Origin: Pelagomonas calceolata
Lineage: Eukaryota
Assembly: GCA_918797485.1 (NCBI GenBank)
Contig: CAKKNE010000004.1
Coordinates: 1,922,001 to 1,986,000 of the forward strand
Reading direction: 5' to 3'
DNA: 64,000 nucleotides
Under the pieces are notes generated by a model. The model had not been told where the DNA came from. It ran no database searches and worked only from the letters and a program-made list of their open reading frames with translations. Shown here piece by piece: positions 59,934 to 64,000 of this stretch. Within the stretch, counting starts at the first letter, position 1. The number at the start of each line of letters is the position of its first letter. The translations under genes and the position numbers were made by a program.

Positions 59934-61154
59934 ATGATGGAGGCCGCCGCCAGAGTGGCGCCCCAGGCGACCGCCTCCAATAAAAAGCCCCTGCTCAGCA
60001 TGGCTTCAATAGCCAAGCTCGGCTCGAAGGCGAGCCGCGCACGTAAAAATGCTGCCGCGCGGCGGGCCCGCGCGAGAAGATTAGGCGGACTCCTGGGCTG
60101 CGGCAACCCGGTGCTCAACATGACGATTTCCATTGGAGACGGCGTGCTCGAGCACTACCAGCTGGAGGGCGGGTCGGTGGTGCTCGCCGAGGAGATGCAC
60201 CTGCCCCTCTTCGAGCAATTGTTAAAGGACCCGAAGACGACGTACGAGGCCGGCGGCGCGGCCCAGAACACGTGTAGGGTGTGTGCTTGGATGTTGAGCA
60301 CGGTCAAGAAGGAGAAGCGGCCGTCGACGGCCTACGTCGGACGCGCGGGCGACGACGAGAACGGGCGGAAGCTCGCGGCGTTAGCTGTCGACGCTGGTTT
60401 AAGGGCAACGTACGAGATCGACAAGGAGCGGCGCCCGACCGGCCGCTTAGCTACTCTAGTCAACCGCGGCACGGGCTCGCGGACCATGGTCGCGGACTTG
60501 GGGGCTTCGACCCACTACGACCCCGGCCACTTGGAGGAGCACATTCCGTCGCGATTGCTGGAAGAAAGTTCTATCATAGTGACGGACGGCTTCTTCCTGA
60601 CGCATAGTGGCGGCGTCGAGGCCGTTGAAAGAGTAGGGAAGCACGTCGCGGCGTGTGCTTCCCAGGGCGAGGCGAAAGTCTTGGTATTGAACCTAGGCGC
60701 GCCCTACATCTGCGAGCACTTCGGCAAGGCCCTGAACTCGGTATTGCCCCACGTCGATTTGCTCATCGGGAATCGACTCGAGATGGTCGAGCTCGCGCGC
60801 CAGAAGGGTTTTGAAGTGGACGAGGAGGACCCGGACATCGCGGCGTTGTGCATCGCCTTCGCCTCGCTGCCCAAGAACTCGGGCGCGCGCGGGCGCGTGG
60901 TCGTCGCGACGGGCGGTCCCGACGACACGATCGTCGTGGAAAATGGCATCGAAAAGCGGTTCGCCGTCGCGCCGCTGAACAAGCAGTCGATCGTCGACCG
61001 GAACGGCGCGGGCGACGCCTTCGCGGGCGCCTTCCTGTCGCAGTTGCTGCAGAAGCGGCCGGTCGAGGACTGCGTCCACGCGGCGCACTGGGCCGCGCGG
61101 TTGGTGATCCAGCGCAGCGGCGTGGCGCTGCCCGAGGAGTGCGACTACGCGTGA
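59934..61154 (+). CDS. ADK: Adenosine kinase (PfkB family)
   Basis: GCGNPVL, AGGAAQNTCRV, PTGR, RTMVADLGA, GFFLT, NLGAP, IVDRNGAGDAFAGAFLSQL. Confidence 0.88.
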   Translation: MMEAAARVAPQATASNKKPLLSMASIAKLGSKASRARKNAAARRARARRLGGLLGCGNPVLNMTISIGDGVLEHYQLEGGSVVLAEEMHLPLFEQLLKDPKTTYEAGGAAQNTCRVCAWMLSTVKKEKRPSTAYVGRAGDDENGRKLAALAVDAGLRATYEIDKERRPTGRLATLVNRGTGSRTMVADLGASTHYDPGHLEEHIPSRLLEESSIIVTDGFFLTHSGGVEAVERVGKHVAACASQGEAKVLVLNLGAPYICEHFGKALNSVLPHVDLLIGNRLEMVELARQKGFEVDEEDPDIAALCIAFASLPKNSGARGRVVVATGGPDDTIVVENGIEKRFAVAPLNKQSIVDRNGAGDAFAGAFLSQLLQKRPVEDCVHAAHWAARLVIQRSGVALPEECDYA

Positions 61155-61310
61155 GTAGTAAGTTGTTGTGATCTGCTCTCTCCCTTACACGCGGGCGGCG
61201 GCCGGCGCGACTCGGAGTGCAGCGCCGGCGACCCTTATTTACACTGGTGCGGAGGGGGACACGTCGCTCTGAGAGCGACAGTGGTGTTTCCCGGCGGCGG
61301 AGCGCCGTTT

Positions 61311-61333
61311 GCTAGTGTCTTACCTGTACTAGC
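61311..61333 (+). promoter_or_regulatory. GCTAG-box intergenic element copy
   Basis: GCTAGTGTCTTACCTGTACTAGC, ~255 bp upstream of the PGAM5 ATG. Confidence 0.58.
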
Positions 61334-61587
61334 CGGGTGTGTTTTTAAGGATGCGATCTGAGGAGCGCAGAGCTTAGTCTTAGTGCCATATCTGGGCGCG
61401 CAGGGACCAGCTCAAACACACCTGTGGACCTGCGGCACAGCGCCGTTGCAACCTCGAGGTGTGCTGACGCCTGCGGCAAGTGTTTTTGCAGCAGCTGCAG
61501 CAAGAACTTGCGGCTAGCTTCGCGCGCGGACGTTGCGAGCCCGAGGGCGTCTCACGCAGCCGAGCCGCGGCCGCGTCACACGAAACC

Positions 61588-62448
61588 ATGGCCTGGCGCC
61601 GCCTCGCGCAGCGCTGCGCGCCGGCCGCCGCGCCCGCCGCGCTGCTCGGGCTCGGCGCGGCGCGGTGCGAAGACACGATGCAGGTCCCGCGGACGAAGAA
61701 GACGCCGAAGGAGCTCCCCGAGTACTTCGTGCCCAAGGTGCCCTACCCCGCCTGGGACTCGGACTGGGACGGGCGGCGGCGCGCGCGCGCGGAGGCGAAG
61801 AAGCGCGGCGCGCCGCCGGCGCCGACGCGCCACATTCTGTTGGTGAGGCACGGCCAGTACGACGAGACGTCGCGCGACGACGACAAGCGCATCCTCACGC
61901 CGCTGGGGCGGGACCAGGCCGTCGCGACGGGGTTGAGGTTACGGAGTCTCTTGGATTCAGGCTCGCCCAAGTCGCCGATCAAAATGGTCTCGAGCGGTTT
62001 AGTAAGGGCCAAGGAGACGGCGGATCTCATCGCGCCCTGCCTGCCCGCCGACCGATTAGTATATGCGGACCCGAACCCGGACCTCAACGAGGGCCGGCCC
62101 GCGCAAGTCATCCCGGGCCGGCCCTATTCGAACGAGGCCGTGCGCGTCGACCAGCAGCGCGTCGAGCGCGCCTTCCGCGATACGTTTCGGCGGGCGGACC
62201 CGCGCGACGACGGCGCGCGGCACGAGTACGAGATCGTCGTGTGTCACGGGAACGTCATCCGCTACATGACGTTGCGGGCCTTACAGCTGCCGCCCGAGGC
62301 GTGGCTGCGGTTGTGCACCTTCAACTGCTCCGTGACTTACTTGGTCGTGCGGCCGACGGGGAGCGTGTCGCTGCGCGCGCTGGGCGACGTCGGGCACCTG
62401 GACCCGCCGCTCGTCACGTTCAGCATGCACCACGGCATCGAGTGGTGA
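61588..62448 (+). CDS. PGAM5: Mitochondrial Ser/Thr phosphatase PGAM5
   Basis: WDSDWD motif, RHILLVRHGQY, LTPLGRDQA, EIVVCHGNVIRY...RALQLPPEAWLR, LGDVGHL. Confidence 0.93.
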   Translation: MAWRRLAQRCAPAAAPAALLGLGAARCEDTMQVPRTKKTPKELPEYFVPKVPYPAWDSDWDGRRRARAEAKKRGAPPAPTRHILLVRHGQYDETSRDDDKRILTPLGRDQAVATGLRLRSLLDSGSPKSPIKMVSSGLVRAKETADLIAPCLPADRLVYADPNPDLNEGRPAQVIPGRPYSNEAVRVDQQRVERAFRDTFRRADPRDDGARHEYEIVVCHGNVIRYMTLRALQLPPEAWLRLCTFNCSVTYLVVRPTGSVSLRALGDVGHLDPPLVTFSMHHGIEW

Positions 62449-62478
62449 GATTAGCTATTAATTACACGTTAAACACAA

Positions 62479-63621
62479 CTAGAGGAACTTCGACGCCGCG
62501 GCCGAGAGGATCCAGGCCTTTTCGGAAGAGAAGCCCGTCTCTGGCGCGGGCGGCGGCATGATTGAAGGCGCCACGGCGACGGGCGCCGCGATCGTGGCGC
62601 CTCCTAGCAACTTGGACGGCGCATCGAGACGTCTCAGGACGCCCGCGGCGAGCTGCCTCGCCAACTCGTCAGCGTCGGGCGGCGCGAGGTGCCTCCCATA
62701 AAACGCCTCCAAGGCTTCGGCATCCCGCGTGCCCACCACATCTCTCGCGTCGAGGTGGAACGACGGCGCGATCGGTAGGGACCCGCCGAACCAGCTGTCC
62801 GCAAAGGCCCCCAAAATCTCGTACTTCGTCCGCAGCCAGAACGTGCCGCAATTCACGTAATGTAAAATGACGGGCATCTTCTCTGGATTTGATGAGCGCT
62901 CGCTCAGATCGAGGCGAGCATCACATAACGCCGTCAATTTCTTAAGCGGCGTCCGCCAGGCGTGGACGGACACCGGCTCGATATCATCAACTAATTTCAC
63001 GGCGCTCTTGCCGCAGTCGTAGCACAGCAGGTACTGGCCGTGCTTCGACCGGGACCGCCACCACCGCATGCCGGCCTGGACGCCGCTCGTTAGAGGTAAG
63101 GAGTGGTGGTTCCACCGGAACAGCGTCACCTCGCGAAAATAGTCCCTGACGTCGCTCCGCTCGGCGACGCCTTCGTGGTTCGCGTAGGTGCAGTGGCCTA
63201 TGTCTTTGGCATCGAGGTCGCGGAAGTGAGTCAACAAAGCCTCTTTGCTCTTCACGAAAAAGAGCTCGTCGACGTCCAAATGTAATAACCATGTGCAGCC
63301 GTCGCGCCGCGCTTGGAGAGATGCGTGTTCCGCGTTCAGGGCCTGGCGCGCCTGGACTTCCGTTGCGTAGGGGCCGAAGCGCGCCCAGCACGCGCATTTT
63401 TCTTGTTGCTCTTCGAGTAGCTGCGGGCTGCGTCTTACTCTTACCACTTGCGGGTCGTCGGCCTCGCGCCAGCCCTCGGGCTCGTCGCTGGTGCTATCGT
63501 CGAAATACAGGTACAGCGTGTCGATGCCCAGACTCGTGTGCCACTTGACGAAGCTCGCGAGCACCGAGGACGATCCCTTCGGGAGGAGCAGGGTCGTGAC
63601 GAGCGCGACACGAGTGGCCAT
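62479..63621 (-). CDS. GT-A fold glycosyltransferase-like protein (Glyco_tranf_2_4/KOBITO1-like)
   Basis: FVKWHTSLG...LYLYFDD, ARQALNAE, WLLHLDVDELF, NHEGV, YDCGKSAV, VILHY. Confidence 0.8.
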   Translation of the reverse strand: MATRVALVTTLLLPKGSSSVLASFVKWHTSLGIDTLYLYFDDSTSDEPEGWREADDPQVVRVRRSPQLLEEQQEKCACWARFGPYATEVQARQALNAEHASLQARRDGCTWLLHLDVDELFFVKSKEALLTHFRDLDAKDIGHCTYANHEGVAERSDVRDYFREVTLFRWNHHSLPLTSGVQAGMRWWRSRSKHGQYLLCYDCGKSAVKLVDDIEPVSVHAWRTPLKKLTALCDARLDLSERSSNPEKMPVILHYVNCGTFWLRTKYEILGAFADSWFGGSLPIAPSFHLDARDVVGTRDAEALEAFYGRHLAPPDADELARQLAAGVLRRLDAPSKLLGGATIAAPVAVAPSIMPPPAPETGFSSEKAWILSAAASKFL

Positions 63622-63759
63622 CTCTCTGTGTAGTGGAAATTTGCGACGCACGCTGCGCAGCGCGAGGCGGCGGCAAGAGCTAGGCACTTCCGAGCACTCT
63701 TGCGCCCTTTGCCTACCCTTACAGCCGCATGCAAGCCTGGCATGCCTTTTTTGCTGATT

Positions 63760-63784
63760 GCTAGTGTGTTTACAGTCCGCTAGC
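63760..63784 (+). promoter_or_regulatory. GCTAG-box intergenic element copy
   Basis: GCTAGTGTGTTTACAGTCCGCTAGC, ~139 bp upstream of ATG 63621. Confidence 0.55.
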
Positions 63785-64000
63785 TCGCCTTCGCCTCTTC
63801 TCATTTGCCCGGTCGGCGTTGAGGCACGTTTTAAAGCTCAAACGTCGAAGCGTCTAAGGCAGGTCGCCAGCCCAAGGCCCTCGCGGCATCCGTGTTAACG
63901 CACTTGTCTCCCAAAGGCCCCGAGTCCACACCACAAAAAGAACGCCACCAGACGCGACAAACAACGCTGCCGATGCTCCGCCAGACCTGCTCCGTCCTGC

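Noticed and set aside
1..64000. Many long overlapping Arg/Ala/Pro/Gly-rich ORFs (for example 930-2306-, 3738-5600-, 37909-40092-, 38907-40853+)
   Set aside because: Shadow frames of real genes, caused by very high GC3 and few stop codons; no domain motifs
1..64000. Selenoproteins (in-frame TGA), expected to be common in pelagophytes
   Set aside because: The TGA-terminated genes I checked end after complete domains with no continuing homology; no SECIS recognised

Overview
Gene-dense, very GC-rich, intron-poor eukaryotic nuclear DNA, most likely from a pelagophyte alga of the Aureococcus/Pelagomonas type. This is inferred from a diatom/pelagophyte-type beta-tubulin, a cycloeucalenol cycloisomerase, a MYND-RINGv-TPR family member and an introner-type intron. 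The window holds about 48 protein-coding loci, including CPI1, IFT57, PTH2, PurU, an FNT transporter, ABCF, SPX, SNF2, FKBP, cathepsin D, SmD3, GH47, RNPS1, AKR7, patatin, roadblock, beta-tubulin, adenosine kinase and PGAM5. Two of the loci are probable pseudogenes. I found no rRNA, tRNA or CRISPR. Four observations stand out. (1) A 19-26 bp quasi-palindromic element, GCTAGTGTCTTACAGGCCGCTAGC, recurs about 15 times, only between genes and mostly 140-255 bp upstream of start codons. (2) An intact introner transposon (54264-54466, 8-bp TSD, TIRs) forms a perfectly removable intron. (3) Several short introns look like progressively eroded introners. (4) Several enzyme homologues appear to lack catalytic residues (PTPS/QueD-like, FabD-like, GH55-like, Hsp70-like). 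Family assignments come from recognising motifs by eye, not from database searches. Some frameshifts may be assembly errors.
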